The notes beneath the pieces were generated by a model, which saw only the letters and a program-made list of their open reading frames with translations, had not been told where the DNA came from and did no database searches. From the IMG/VR virus record IMGVR_UViG_3300020183_000012, positions 32,001 to 96,000 of that record: a stretch of 64,000 bases of DNA, one strand, 5' to 3'. Source of the stretch: a virus. The position numbers and the translations under genes were made by a program. This document shows, one piece after another, positions 38,901-49,204 of this stretch; within the stretch, counting starts at the first letter, position 1; every line of letters starts with the position of its first letter.

Positions 38901-39080
38901 ATGACCAATCAGTCAAAAACTTGGATAGCAATGGTTCAGCAGCAAGAGGATGAAGTATTCATCCCTCTGCCTGATGAATTAGTTAATCAATTGGGTTGGA
39001 GCGATGGAGACAACCTCAATTTTCAAATAAAGGATGGCTCCCTGATTTTGAGTAATCAGTCAATCCTAAAGTCGGAGTGA
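38901..39080 (+). CDS. AbrB/MazE-like DNA-binding protein
   Basis: FIPLPDELVNQLGWSDGDNLNF..KDGSLIL. Confidence 0.7.
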   Translation: MTNQSKTWIAMVQQQEDEVFIPLPDELVNQLGWSDGDNLNFQIKDGSLILSNQSILKSE

Positions 39081-39110
39081 TTGTTCTCAAATCAAGGGAA
39101 AGGAGACACT

Positions 39111-39329
39111 ATGTTTTGGTCGGTTGTTTTTTCTATAGGAGTAGGATCGTTTGGTTATTGGATAGGCTTCAAGCAAGGCAAGAAAGACGGATTTGCCTTA
39201 GGCGAATCCACAGGCTACAATAAGGCGAAGTCCAAGTATGACATACCTTTACGCAAGAGCGTGAACCATCAGGTCAAGCCAAGCGTAAGAGCAAAGTCAG
39301 GACCAGTTGATACCGTATGGATGGGCTAG
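39111..39329 (+). CDS. Small membrane protein
   Basis: SD AAGGAG; N-terminal TM then GxxxG repeats. Confidence 0.6.
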   Translation: MFWSVVFSIGVGSFGYWIGFKQGKKDGFALGESTGYNKAKSKYDIPLRKSVNHQVKPSVRAKSGPVDTVWMG

Positions 39330-39387
39330 TGCCATTCAAGTCTTGCAAGGAAGCAATTTTAAGTCCCGTTTTTAGGAGTTGTTAACA

Positions 39388-39732
39388 ATGAGTATGAGTG
39401 AACACGCCGTTAGCATGAGACTGAGCCCCACTTTCTCCGAGATTGAAAGCAGAGTTTCGTCATCAAGAGTTCCGCGTCCGAAGAGTTTCATCTTCCCCCA
39501 AGCACCATTCGCTGCGGGTAGCATCTTCATGTGCGTGAACCAGGAAATGGCGAAGGAACTGATCGCTTTGATCAAGGACACTTGCTGCGATGATCGTGGC
39601 AATGTCGTTGAAGACGGTTGCAACGAGGAACTCGTTGGGCTTGCCGAAAAGTTGCAGAACAACATGGACTTCAGCGACTTCCACCGGGAGCGCAGACGAA
39701 GGTTCTACAACGCGAACCACGGAAACGACTGA
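39388..39732 (+). CDS. Hypothetical protein
   Basis: SD AGGAG; followed by a terminator. Confidence 0.6.
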   Translation: MSMSEHAVSMRLSPTFSEIESRVSSSRVPRPKSFIFPQAPFAAGSIFMCVNQEMAKELIALIKDTCCDDRGNVVEDGCNEELVGLAEKLQNNMDFSDFHRERRRRFYNANHGND

Positions 39733-39751
39733 GAAACTTGCTCAGTCAATT

Positions 39752-39784
39752 AAAAGGACCGCACCGAAAGGTGTGGTCTTTTTT
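39752..39784 (+). terminator. Intrinsic terminator
   Basis: AAAAGGACCGCACC-GAAA-GGTGTGGTCTTTTTT. Confidence 0.75.
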
Positions 39785-39832
39785 GTCCAAATGTAATCCC
39801 CAACCGTATGTTTGTCTTGCTTGAAGGTTGAA

Positions 39833-39906
39833 GGGAGATTAGCTTAGCGGCCTAAAGCCTTCGACTCATAATCGAAATACCACTGGTTCGAATCCAGTAT
39901 CTCCCA
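39833..39906 (+). tRNA. tRNA(CAT): elongator Met or Ile2
   Basis: GGGAGAT/ATCTCCC-A; TTCGA-CTCATAA-TCGAA. Confidence 0.88.
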
Positions 39907-39947
39907 CTCGTTGATATTTAAGAATCTCGCTAATAAAGGAAACAGAA

Positions 39948-40325
39948 ATGGCAAGAACATCTCGCAATTCTCATAATGGCCTTAAATCAATCAGCATCCG
40001 TGACGAAGAGAGCGCATCCCGTTACATTGACGCTTTCGCTGGCACGATTAATTCTTCTCCCGCAGCAAACGGTGCTTATTCCAAAGCCGTGAACAATGGC
40101 GGCTGGACTAACCCATCCGGTCCTTTTGGACTGACCAATCAGGGACTCATCAAGAGTATCGTATGGTCAGTCTCGATTCTCTCGTCCCGCGCAAAGAACG
40201 GAGATGCAGAAGCAAGAGAGATCATCGCGTCTATTGAGCCGATCATCAACGGAGCGCAGGACCGCCCGGTGTCTGCTCCGGCTGTTGCCATCGCCAGTAA
40301 CAGCCAACCCGCTGAGGTGGCCTGA
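39948..40325 (+). CDS. Hypothetical protein
   Basis: SD AAGGA; terminator-like hairpin at 40350-40376. Confidence 0.65.
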   Translation: MARTSRNSHNGLKSISIRDEESASRYIDAFAGTINSSPAANGAYSKAVNNGGWTNPSGPFGLTNQGLIKSIVWSVSILSSRAKNGDAEAREIIASIEPIINGAQDRPVSAPAVAIASNSQPAEVA

Positions 40326-40412
40326 GGGCGGAGTGAGGGAATCTGGGAGAACGCTCACCTTCGGGTGGGCGTTTTTACATCCGGGGAATAAACTAATGGC
40401 GGAGACTCAAGA

Positions 40413-40817
40413 ATGACCAATCAACAAGAACGAATGGCTTGGGAACTTCACAAGAACAACAGGATCAACAGCAGACCTGCGCCACCGGACATGAACCGAA
40501 CCTGCTACGAAGTGTTTGATTCGTTCGATGAGTTCGTGGCCAACGGCAGCCCGTATCACCTTAACGGGTGCGGAGGTCTGCCACCGCAATTCGTGCAAAC
40601 GGCATCTTCTTCTGTGCCGATGGTTGAGTACCATGAACAGGACAGGGGACAGGTAGGCGAATCCGTCACCATCAATCAGGATTCAGGCATCAGTCCTCAA
40701 ACCGATGCAGCCCTGTGGTCACAGGCCACCGGAATCCCTTTTACTCCCTACTTCGGAACCATCGGCGCGGAACACATGAGGCTCCTGCGCGAGATGAATC
40801 AAGGATACAGGTGGTAA
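40413..40817 (+). CDS. Hypothetical protein
   Basis: Repeat promoter and SD GGAG upstream. Confidence 0.6.
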   Translation: MTNQQERMAWELHKNNRINSRPAPPDMNRTCYEVFDSFDEFVANGSPYHLNGCGGLPPQFVQTASSSVPMVEYHEQDRGQVGESVTINQDSGISPQTDAALWSQATGIPFTPYFGTIGAEHMRLLREMNQGYRW

Positions 40818-40821
40818 TAAA

Positions 40822-41733
40822 GTGATTCGTCATTTCGGGTATGCCTGTCAGAACATGACATTGAGTGAGTTGGTCAAACCCAAGAGCAAGAGGGTTTTCA
40901 CAGACCGCACTCTCAGGCTTGCCAATTTCAGCATCCGAAGAGTAGATGAACTGATCCTTCAAAATGTGAAGGACTTGCTCAAGATCGTCCATTGGAACAA
41001 GGATCACGGAATCCACTTCTTCCGGGTAGGCAGCAATGTGTTTCCATTCATGGATCACCCGGAACTGAAGTACGGAATTGACGATCTTGCACACGCATCA
41101 GACATCAAGGCGATCATCGCAAGGGCAGGAGAAGTGGCGCACTCAGCAGGGATGAGACTCAGTTCTCATCCGGGTCCGTACACCTGTCTTGCATCTACTG
41201 ATGAAGCGATTGTCCAAAAGTCAATCGACTCTCTCAATATGCACTCGCTCATGGGCGATCTGCTCGGTCACGATGAGTTCGTCATCAACATCCATGTTGG
41301 TGGCTCATACGGTGGAGATTTCAATGGGACCGCAGACAGGTTCATCGCCAACTGGAACAAATTGTCTGATCGGGTAAAATCTCGCCTTACCATCGAAAAC
41401 GATGACAAGAAGAATATGTGGACCGTTGACAAAATCAACGACCTCATCTGTAAAAGAATTAATCTGCCAATCGTGATGGACATTCATCATCACAGGCTCA
41501 ACCCCGGAACTCTGTCCGTGGAGGATGCGCTTATGACTTCCTTGATTACTTGGAAGAGTGGAAGGGTTCCGAAGATTCATTATTCGGACCCGCGTGACGA
41601 AGAGTATCCTCAAGCCCACCATGACTTCGTTGATGGATGGAAAGACCTTCCCGATGTCGGAATGGAGTTCGACTGTATGCTTGAGGCGAAGCATAAAGAG
41701 TTGGCATTGCTCAGGTTACGCGAACGAATCTGA
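40822..41733 (+). CDS. uvsE: UV DNA damage endonuclease
   Basis: GYAC.N, RLSSHPGPY, IHVGG, LTIENDD, DIHHH, PKIHYS, AH.D, MLEAK.KE. Confidence 0.93.
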   Translation: MIRHFGYACQNMTLSELVKPKSKRVFTDRTLRLANFSIRRVDELILQNVKDLLKIVHWNKDHGIHFFRVGSNVFPFMDHPELKYGIDDLAHASDIKAIIARAGEVAHSAGMRLSSHPGPYTCLASTDEAIVQKSIDSLNMHSLMGDLLGHDEFVINIHVGGSYGGDFNGTADRFIANWNKLSDRVKSRLTIENDDKKNMWTVDKINDLICKRINLPIVMDIHHHRLNPGTLSVEDALMTSLITWKSGRVPKIHYSDPRDEEYPQAHHDFVDGWKDLPDVGMEFDCMLEAKHKELALLRLRERI

Positions 41734-41849
41734 GAAACTTTCATCCGGTGAATAAAATAGTCCTGCCCGTGTGGGCGGGACTTGTCTTTTTCGGGACAGT
41801 CAGAACTTTCATCGAAGAAATAAACTAGCGTCACTAAGGAGAAATCACC

Positions 41850-42749
41850 ATGTCACCCATTACTGCTGCAATCAACAAGTTCAACGGCGTTTTCGTTCCC
41901 CCGGTCAATGACACCTACTTCATCACCGCAGAGGTTGAGAGTCTTTTCAACCGACTGAACATCCTGTCTAAGAACAAGACACAGAAGGTTCTTCTGCAAG
42001 GCGCACATGGCGCAGGCAAGACTGAGATGGCAATGCAGTACGCAGCCCGTGCGAACAGACCCATGCTCATCATGGACTGCGCGAATCTCAAGGAGCCGCG
42101 TGATTGGTTCGGATACAAGACAATCGTGAACGGAGAGATTGTGTGGCACGAATCTCAGTTCGACCGTGCAATCAGCACGGGTGGTCATGTCATCCTGCTT
42201 GACGAAATCAACCGTGTTCATCCCTCTGTCCTCAACACTCTTATCCCGCTGCTTGACGGTCGTGGATTTACCTACCTTGAGGAAAAGGGAGACTGCATCC
42301 GTGTCGGCAACGAGACTGTGATCTTTGCTACCATGAACGAGGGCGCGGGTTACACGGGTACAAGCGCGACCGACATCGCTCTGCGCGACCGCTTCTCTCG
42401 CATCGTTGAGGTTCAGTATCTTGTGAAGGCAAAGGAGATCGAACTGCTCTGCAAGCGCACGGGCATCAGCAAGTCTGACGCTACTAAGTTGGTGGACATT
42501 GCCAATCAGATTCGCAAGAAGAGCATGGGTGTTGGATCGTCCTTCTCTATGGCTTTCTCAACCCGTCAGTTGATCGCTGTCGCGGAGGACTTCGTTATTG
42601 ACGGCTCTGATTCACTTCAGTTCACCATGACCAATCTGTTCTCTGCCGAAGGTGGGACGAACAGCGAACGAGCCTCCGTGCTTCAGTTGATTCAAGGCAA
42701 GTTCGGCAGCGGCGAGGACGCCGCCAAGAGCAAGATCAAGGGCGAGTGA
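41850..42749 (+). CDS. MoxR/CbbQ/CobS-like AAA+ ATPase
   Basis: GAHGAGKT, ILLDEINR, IFATMNEG.GY.G, ALRDRF, FSTRQL. Confidence 0.88.
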   Translation: MSPITAAINKFNGVFVPPVNDTYFITAEVESLFNRLNILSKNKTQKVLLQGAHGAGKTEMAMQYAARANRPMLIMDCANLKEPRDWFGYKTIVNGEIVWHESQFDRAISTGGHVILLDEINRVHPSVLNTLIPLLDGRGFTYLEEKGDCIRVGNETVIFATMNEGAGYTGTSATDIALRDRFSRIVEVQYLVKAKEIELLCKRTGISKSDATKLVDIANQIRKKSMGVGSSFSMAFSTRQLIAVAEDFVIDGSDSLQFTMTNLFSAEGGTNSERASVLQLIQGKFGSGEDAAKSKIKGE

Positions 42750-42793
42750 AAGTTACATCCGCTGAATAAAGTAGTCGCACAAGGAGACTTCCC

Positions 42794-44719
42794 ATGAGCA
42801 AGAGAAACGACAAAGAAGGTCAATCCGAAAGCGGTTGGTGGTTTGACCGCTACGACTACGATTACCGTGATTACTCGTATAGCCGCGAGAGTGGTTCCCG
42901 TGGTTGGATGAGCAAACTCGGTGGCTACGATGACTGCGGCTATTCGGGATGGTACGGTTATCAAAAGGATGATCCGAAGCGGGTCTTTCAGAATCTACTC
43001 AATCAGTTGCAGAACAGCGCGAACATCATCGGTGATAACGATGATGGTGTCCTCAAGGTAAAGTGGTCGAATGGCGAGAATTGCAATGACACGACAGGTG
43101 TTGTCTACCTGTCTCCCGACAACCTCACCAACCAAGAAGGATGTGTCGAAGAAGAGACTGTTGATGCCATGACGGGCAAGGTCTACCTCGCATCAGCCAT
43201 GCGCGATACGGTCGATGAAGATTCGTACCGTGCTGCTCAAGTTGCCCGTGATATGTCGGCAAAAAGCCATATTCATCGTGGTGCTGTGAAGATTTGGGAA
43301 GCAATCGAAACCTCCATCGCCCGTCACAAGGTGATTGGGGATTGGGTTGGGTTTGCTCCCTATATCTGCAAGGATTCGGAACGCTCCTCTGCGACAAAGG
43401 ATGACATTCAGAAGTTCATTGATGCCTCTTCTGAAAATCCAAACATTGATGCTGCGGTATTGGCTATCTCTTGGAATCTCTTGAACCCAAGTGACCGCAT
43501 CAGGATTCCCGACTGCTATGACTCCTGTGTTGATGCCGCAGCAGAAATCCTAAGCGAGGAGATCAAGTCGAAGGATCGTTTCCGTACCGCGTTCTCTCTG
43601 TCATCGAAGATCGCGTCTATGCTCCCTAGTCCTCCGAAGGAAGAGGACAGCAGCGAAAGTGGGGTCGATAGCAAGGATGACGATGATGGTTGCAACTGTG
43701 CGGAATGTCGCAAGAGGAGAGCAGAAGCAAAGAAGAAGGGAAGCAAGAGTAAGGATCATACCCCGAAGGTATTGGATAGTTCTCTTCTTGGTGATCGCGT
43801 GACAAACAATACCGATGAAAGTCTCGCCAATCAAGAGGGCGAGAGCGATGATGAATCCGATACCGACAAGAGAGTTGACATTCAGTTGGACGGCGATGAT
43901 GATTTCTCAAGACAACATGAGTTCTTGATTGCGAAAGAGGGCAACAAGAGTCAGTTTGATTCCATACTGAAGAAGCACTCGTCTGCCATTCGTGCGATTC
44001 GCAACGGTCTTTCGTTCCGCAACAACTCCATGAAGATGCCCTCGTATGGTCATCGTTCAGGGGATATTGACGAGAACGCTCTGTTCAAGATCAAGATGAA
44101 TGATGACAGGATCATGCTTCGCAGCGAAACCATCTCTGAAAAGAGCATCGCCGTGTGCCTTCTCGTTGACGAGAGTGGTTCAATGGGTGGCGACAGAGTT
44201 CGCAATGCGCGTGATGTCGCAATCACTCTTGCCTCTGCATTGGGTGGCGTTGGTGGGATTACCACTTCTGTTTATGGTCACACAGCAGAGGAGAATGTTT
44301 CGGGTTGTACCATCAGAGAGTATTTCACTCCTCGCAATCCGAATCTCTCATCCTGCATGGGAATGTTGGGTCGCATGGAAAACCACGATGGATTTGCGAT
44401 TCAGCACACCGCCAATGCGTTTTACCGCGACTATGGAACCTATGATCGCAAGATCATGTTCGTCATCTCTGATGGTCAACCCGCAGGGAGTAACTATGGC
44501 GGATCGACAGCCCGTAAGCACATGAAGAAGGTTGCCGATGCCTGTCGCAGAAAACTTGGCGTGGAGGTCTACGGCATCGGCATTGACAAAGCATACGAGA
44601 ACAGGCATGGCAATGAAATGTATGGTCAGGACAACTTCGTGGTCTTGGAAGATGTTTCCTCGTCACTCCCGATCATGTCTCGCTTCATCCGTCAGATTGC
44701 GATGTCAATGAAGAAGTGA
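42794..44719 (+). CDS. vWA-domain (CobT-like) partner protein
   Basis: SGDID, LLVDESGSM (MIDAS), NHDG.AI, FVISDGQP, YGIGI; acidic linker. Confidence 0.85.
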   Translation: MSKRNDKEGQSESGWWFDRYDYDYRDYSYSRESGSRGWMSKLGGYDDCGYSGWYGYQKDDPKRVFQNLLNQLQNSANIIGDNDDGVLKVKWSNGENCNDTTGVVYLSPDNLTNQEGCVEEETVDAMTGKVYLASAMRDTVDEDSYRAAQVARDMSAKSHIHRGAVKIWEAIETSIARHKVIGDWVGFAPYICKDSERSSATKDDIQKFIDASSENPNIDAAVLAISWNLLNPSDRIRIPDCYDSCVDAAAEILSEEIKSKDRFRTAFSLSSKIASMLPSPPKEEDSSESGVDSKDDDDGCNCAECRKRRAEAKKKGSKSKDHTPKVLDSSLLGDRVTNNTDESLANQEGESDDESDTDKRVDIQLDGDDDFSRQHEFLIAKEGNKSQFDSILKKHSSAIRAIRNGLSFRNNSMKMPSYGHRSGDIDENALFKIKMNDDRIMLRSETISEKSIAVCLLVDESGSMGGDRVRNARDVAITLASALGGVGGITTSVYGHTAEENVSGCTIREYFTPRNPNLSSCMGMLGRMENHDGFAIQHTANAFYRDYGTYDRKIMFVISDGQPAGSNYGGSTARKHMKKVADACRRKLGVEVYGIGIDKAYENRHGNEMYGQDNFVVLEDVSSSLPIMSRFIRQIAMSMKK

Positions 44720-44972
44720 AAAATACAAAAATCTTGGAAGGATAATTAACCGTATGTCGATAAACATAATCCACATCGGCAGACCCAACCTTACCGTAAT
44801 TCAAATAATCGGTATAAATGGGAATCATGGTAGTCCCCCATCCTCACGGGTGGGGGATTTTACATCCGGGAAATAAAATAGTGGTGTCCGAATGCATCTG
44901 TCAGCCGTATCATAAAAAAAGAAAGGGGCGGGTCGAAACCCACCCCAATCTCCACAAGAATGAAATAACTAA

Positions 44973-45104
44973 TCAAACCTTCTTGTTCCAAGGGAAAAAC
45001 TTATTGACCCACGCCCAAAGGGGTGCGCCAATCAAGGCTCCTGCAACGAACACGACAACGCTGTAGAAAACCGTACCAAGCGTACTATTAAGAATCTCCT
45101 GCAT
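44973..45104 (-). CDS. 43-aa membrane peptide
   Basis: Strong SD AAGGAGG; MQEILNSTLGTVFYSVVVFVAGALIGAPLWAWVNKFFPWNKKV (not in ORF track). Confidence 0.7.
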   Translation of the reverse strand: MQEILNSTLGTVFYSVVVFVAGALIGAPLWAWVNKFFPWNKKV

Positions 45105-45306
45105 AGTTACCTCCTTAAAAAAGATTAATGGTATTTCGACCAAATGGACAACTTTCCTCTTTATCTGCGTCAGTTGGAAAGGGTCATGGAATGGTGGATA
45201 AGTACCGTGCCAACTTGGATGCAGCCCAAGTGGTTTTGGGACTTTTATTACTATCTCATCGACTAAGACGAGTCAAAGTTGCATCAGATGAATAAAGTAA
45301 CTTTGG

Positions 45307-45921
45307 ATGACACCCATGAGCGAAGAAAAATCACAGTCCATTTCCCTGTGGCTCGTCAATGAGAACGCTTGGGAATACAATGACGAATATCACTATCCGA
45401 CTGAGGGCTATCATACTTTTGGAATCTTTTCTGATTCTGAAGTCGCTCAGAAAGTCGTGAATGAAATTAACCTTCGCTATTGGAGCAAAGGAGTTGGAGA
45501 CTTCATCAGCGTAGACCACGAAGAGGAGTTTAAGACTTTTTGCGAAAAGCGTTCCATCGTTTGCGATGAAGATAGCGGAAATACTTGGAATGACTTTATT
45601 GAAGGATCAGCGACAAACATGACGGAAACTGATATTTTATCTTTTCTGTCTAGGATTGGATTGTCATTTGCTCATGTTGGTCAGCAAGTAACTCAAGTTT
45701 GCTTGAGTGAAACGGAAATCAACGGAGGCTTCTGTGCTACGCTTGGGGGTGGCATGGAGAGCGTAGTTCGTGACGCTATGAAAGGTCGTCCCAAGTCTGA
45801 TATCGTCAAAATCGGGAAGATTGCAGTTGGTGCTTGCAAGTGTGACGGATGCGGCTACATTAACCCTGCGGGGGTTGCTACTTGCCGCCTGTGTAATCGT
45901 GAAATCGAAAAAGAAGGATAA
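45307..45921 (+). CDS. Hypothetical protein with C-terminal Zn ribbon
   Basis: CDGCGYIN..CRLC. Confidence 0.65.
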   Translation: MTPMSEEKSQSISLWLVNENAWEYNDEYHYPTEGYHTFGIFSDSEVAQKVVNEINLRYWSKGVGDFISVDHEEEFKTFCEKRSIVCDEDSGNTWNDFIEGSATNMTETDILSFLSRIGLSFAHVGQQVTQVCLSETEINGGFCATLGGGMESVVRDAMKGRPKSDIVKIGKIAVGACKCDGCGYINPAGVATCRLCNREIEKEG

Positions 45922-45924
45922 CAA

Positions 45925-46758
45925 ATGTCTATTGACAAGAACATCAACTCTCACTTTGACGGCATCAACAAGGATACTGCCGAAGTAATCAACGATGCGA
46001 TCAACGCTCCCGCCCCTACCGCAATGTGCGGCATCATTGGTTTCGACAATCTTGAGTGGGGAGAGAAGGCAAAGGCTCTTGCTGATGCGGTCAGCAATGA
46101 AGATGACTTTGACTTATGTGATCTTATTGATGACATCAAGAAGGATTGCATCCATCAGATCAAGGGTCAGAAAGATGAAGGCGAACAGTTTGAGTTCGTT
46201 CAGGCAATCGTTTTTGACAAGTTCCTAGCGGTCATCAAGCCGATGCAGTTCCGTGACAGCGATGACAAGGACATTTTCATGGAGGCTGTCGGGGTCATCG
46301 TTGAGAAGATCAAGGAGGACTTCGATGCGAAGCCGATCTTCACTTTCTCATACGGAGAGGCGTGGACTTGTGCGCTTCGCAAGACTTTCGCCGTTCGTCT
46401 TGGCAAGGCTGCGGACAATAGAGATACAATCAATCGTCTTGTGAAGTCAACTGTTGATGAGTTTGGTGGCATTGGTGCTATCCCTGAGAACCATCCCGCG
46501 CTCAAGCGTTTCGACATTATGATGTTCCTGTCGCAGTTCAACACGCAAAAAGGGTACGCATCAATCATCAGCACAGTCCCTATGGATGATTCTGTCATAG
46601 ACGAACTGCACGAAGGACATCGTGCGATCCCACGGGCGCACTTGGTTGAGTCTGATGACTACGGCAAGATTGAAGGTCGAATGGTGATCGACACAGGGGG
46701 CTACGAGAAGATCAAGTTCGACATTTCCAAGTTCGATGGCGAACACACGGATATGTAA
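45925..46758 (+). CDS. Hypothetical protein
   Basis: 277 aa; shares DEFGG...IP..HP with 47277-48074. Confidence 0.7.
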   Translation: MSIDKNINSHFDGINKDTAEVINDAINAPAPTAMCGIIGFDNLEWGEKAKALADAVSNEDDFDLCDLIDDIKKDCIHQIKGQKDEGEQFEFVQAIVFDKFLAVIKPMQFRDSDDKDIFMEAVGVIVEKIKEDFDAKPIFTFSYGEAWTCALRKTFAVRLGKAADNRDTINRLVKSTVDEFGGIGAIPENHPALKRFDIMMFLSQFNTQKGYASIISTVPMDDSVIDELHEGHRAIPRAHLVESDDYGKIEGRMVIDTGGYEKIKFDISKFDGEHTDM

Positions 46759-47039
46759 TGAGACTCAAGATCAGCGAAACATTGTTCAAGGATGTATGCA
46801 AGAGTTCTGTCCTCAAGGGACATGGCAGAGTCATTGACCTTGATAGGGTTCGCCAATCTAAGGCTCATGCCTTCCGCGCTCAAATAATTCAACTAAACAG
46901 GATCAAGACATCTTTCGGTGAGACAAACAGATGCTTGGTTATTTTCTATGTTGACAGAGCATCAAGCGTCAAAGAGTTCATAGACATTGATGATGAGTTG
47001 ATGAAGGAGATTGTCGTTGAGCAAGACTCTGTTTGCTGA
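46758..47039 (+). CDS. Hypothetical protein
   Basis: TAATG coupling to the upstream gene. Confidence 0.55.
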   Translation: MRLKISETLFKDVCKSSVLKGHGRVIDLDRVRQSKAHAFRAQIIQLNRIKTSFGETNRCLVIFYVDRASSVKEFIDIDDELMKEIVVEQDSVC

Positions 47040-47280
47040 CGGGTTTGAGGATTGCGTGATTGGTTATTTCCGCAGATGCGGGCAACCAACGGTCATAGCC
47101 TATGATGCAGATAAGTGCATTCAGAAGATGGTCGCCCGTGATGGAATGACCGAAGAAGAAGCAATTGAGTATTTTGAGTTCAATGTGACAGGTGCTTGGG
47201 TTGGCGAAGGCACTCCTGCCTTCGTCTACAAAGTTACATCCCGTGAACTAAATAATATGGCAAAGGAAGGTTTTCTATGA
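47011..47280 (+). CDS. Conserved phage hypothetical protein
   Basis: ADGFEDC.IG..AYD..KCI..GMTEEEAIEYFEFNV.GAWVGE.TP. Confidence 0.75.
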   Translation: MSLSKTLFADGFEDCVIGYFRRCGQPTVIAYDADKCIQKMVARDGMTEEEAIEYFEFNVTGAWVGEGTPAFVYKVTSRELNNMAKEGFL

Positions 47281-48074
47281 ATAAGCAAAAGAAGAAGTGG
47301 AGCGTCATCAACAACAAAAAAATCAATGACAAGGAATCATTGATTGAAACGGAAATCGTTTTCTCCAACGATGATGCAACCGAGGTGGTGACATTCGGTT
47401 TCATTCCTTATAGTAAGCATCCCTTGTTCTCAGGTGGACTTATGTCTGTTCCCGACTTTGAAAACATGAGGACAACTGACAGACTTGATGCCCGTAGGAC
47501 ATTCGCTGCAACCTACCACAAGTTTGAGTTCACCACATACTGCACGAAGAACTCCAAGCGCGATAAGATGTATGATTGCGTCAACATCATCACGGAGAAC
47601 GGAGTTTGGTGGGGCATGGTCAGCAACACCAAGAATACGAGCGGAGTCGATTCAAACGGACTCATCAGCGCATCGAACTTTATTCTTGAGGAAGTTGAGG
47701 ACGAGGACAGCGACAATCCTTTTTGTGTGATCTATAGTGGTCCTCTTGTTCGTGCAAACGAAGATAAGGACATCAAAAGAATGAAGATTATCTCTGACGA
47801 GTTTGGTGGAGTTCACAACATTCCGCACGACCATCCTTTTTTCTTGACCCGTCAGAGGGTTGCTTCAATCGCCTTTTTCCGTTCGGGAGACAAGGGCAAG
47901 GCTGTGATTGCAAGTATCAAAAAGTCCGAACTGAGTAAATTTTGTTCTAACAAGCCCGATCTAGCATCTTCCGTATCGCCTTCTATTGCTCTTGAAAATA
48001 CCGAGGAAGGAGATGAAAGTTGGATTTCGCATCCAGTATTGAGCATCAAGAGACTTGCTATGGTGAGTCGGTGA
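47277..48074 (+). CDS. Hypothetical protein
   Basis: 265 aa; DEFGGVHNIPHDHP shared with 45925-46758. Confidence 0.65.
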   Translation: MNKQKKKWSVINNKKINDKESLIETEIVFSNDDATEVVTFGFIPYSKHPLFSGGLMSVPDFENMRTTDRLDARRTFAATYHKFEFTTYCTKNSKRDKMYDCVNIITENGVWWGMVSNTKNTSGVDSNGLISASNFILEEVEDEDSDNPFCVIYSGPLVRANEDKDIKRMKIISDEFGGVHNIPHDHPFFLTRQRVASIAFFRSGDKGKAVIASIKKSELSKFCSNKPDLASSVSPSIALENTEEGDESWISHPVLSIKRLAMVSR

Positions 48075-48206
48075 TCTACATGGTCCCGATGTTCCAAACG
48101 CCAAAATCACAACAACTTCTTTGGTTGCGAAGAAAAATCGCCCTTCAGAGGCTTCGGGAAAGTGTCGAGAAAGAAGAAGGCACTATTCGGCTGAAGGAAA
48201 TAATTA

Positions 48207-48512
48207 ATGAAGAATCAGAACAGAGATAAACTGATTGAGCATTTCTTCTTCAAAGGCGGATATGTCACCGTTGCCTTAGACTATTACGGCAATCGGTATG
48301 TGAGGGTTTGTATCAACGAGGCAGAGGATGAAAGTCTCTGCCCTGAACCTGAGTTTAACATTGACGCTTGGAGATATGCTTGGCGTTCGGTTTCTGTTAG
48401 CGTCAACACTCTGATGAACAGCACCGATTGTATCCTTACCGATAAAACAAAATCGGCAATCGAACAGATCAGAGAAAGAACACTTAATCAGTTTGTTCGT
48501 TCTTGTTCTTGA
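48207..48512 (+). CDS. Hypothetical protein
   Basis: SD AAGGA. Confidence 0.55.
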   Translation: MKNQNRDKLIEHFFFKGGYVTVALDYYGNRYVRVCINEAEDESLCPEPEFNIDAWRYAWRSVSVSVNTLMNSTDCILTDKTKSAIEQIRERTLNQFVRSCS

Positions 48513-48626
48513 ATGTCACTCCATGTATATGGAGTAGATAGAGAGACAACCGGATATTCGGTTCTGCCCCACCGAAAGCGAGATACATCCTCTTCCAATT
48601 TTTCATCCGGGGAATAAGATAGAGGC

Positions 48627-49178
48627 ATGGATACCTCCTCCGTTGACAATCCCAAAGCACATGAAGTGATTGGTCAAGACCTAGATTCTCGTCCGCGTGG
48701 CAGACCCGCTAAAGTCAGGTTTGAACCCGGAGAGATCGCTGAAGGCAAGATCATCACCGCAGAGATCATCTCCCGCGTTACGGGAGTTCCGACTGATTGC
48801 ATCGGAACTGACCGCTGGAGCATCGCTCGTGTGAAGTGTCGTGGTTATATCAAGACGGCTTTCAAGAGAGATTTCGGTCACGCCTGTTTCGTCAAGAACA
48901 GCGGTTCGGGTCTTGTTCCTGTTCGTGCAGTCGATACGCTGCGCGAGAGCGACAGGCGTTACCGCGAATCCATGCGAGACATCCGAGATAACGCGAGGGT
49001 GTGCTTGGAGACTGCGGCTCATAGCAACTCCATCAATCAGGCTGACAGGTCTAGTCTTACGAGTCGTGGTGCAGCCCTTGCTGCTATCGCATCATCGGTT
49101 GAGGCCCGTGAACTGAGCAAAAGACTGTGGATGGGCAAACGCGCTTTTGAAAAGCGAGATATTGCATCGGGTGAATAA
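48627..49178 (+). CDS. Hypothetical protein (possibly leaderless)
   Basis: ATG 6 nt after TAAGAT of the repeat motif; ends inside the next motif. Confidence 0.65.
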   Translation: MDTSSVDNPKAHEVIGQDLDSRPRGRPAKVRFEPGEIAEGKIITAEIISRVTGVPTDCIGTDRWSIARVKCRGYIKTAFKRDFGHACFVKNSGSGLVPVRAVDTLRESDRRYRESMRDIRDNARVCLETAAHSNSINQADRSSLTSRGAALAAIASSVEARELSKRLWMGKRAFEKRDIASGE

Positions 49179-49204
49179 ACTAAACCTGAAAGGAATAATG
49201 CCCA

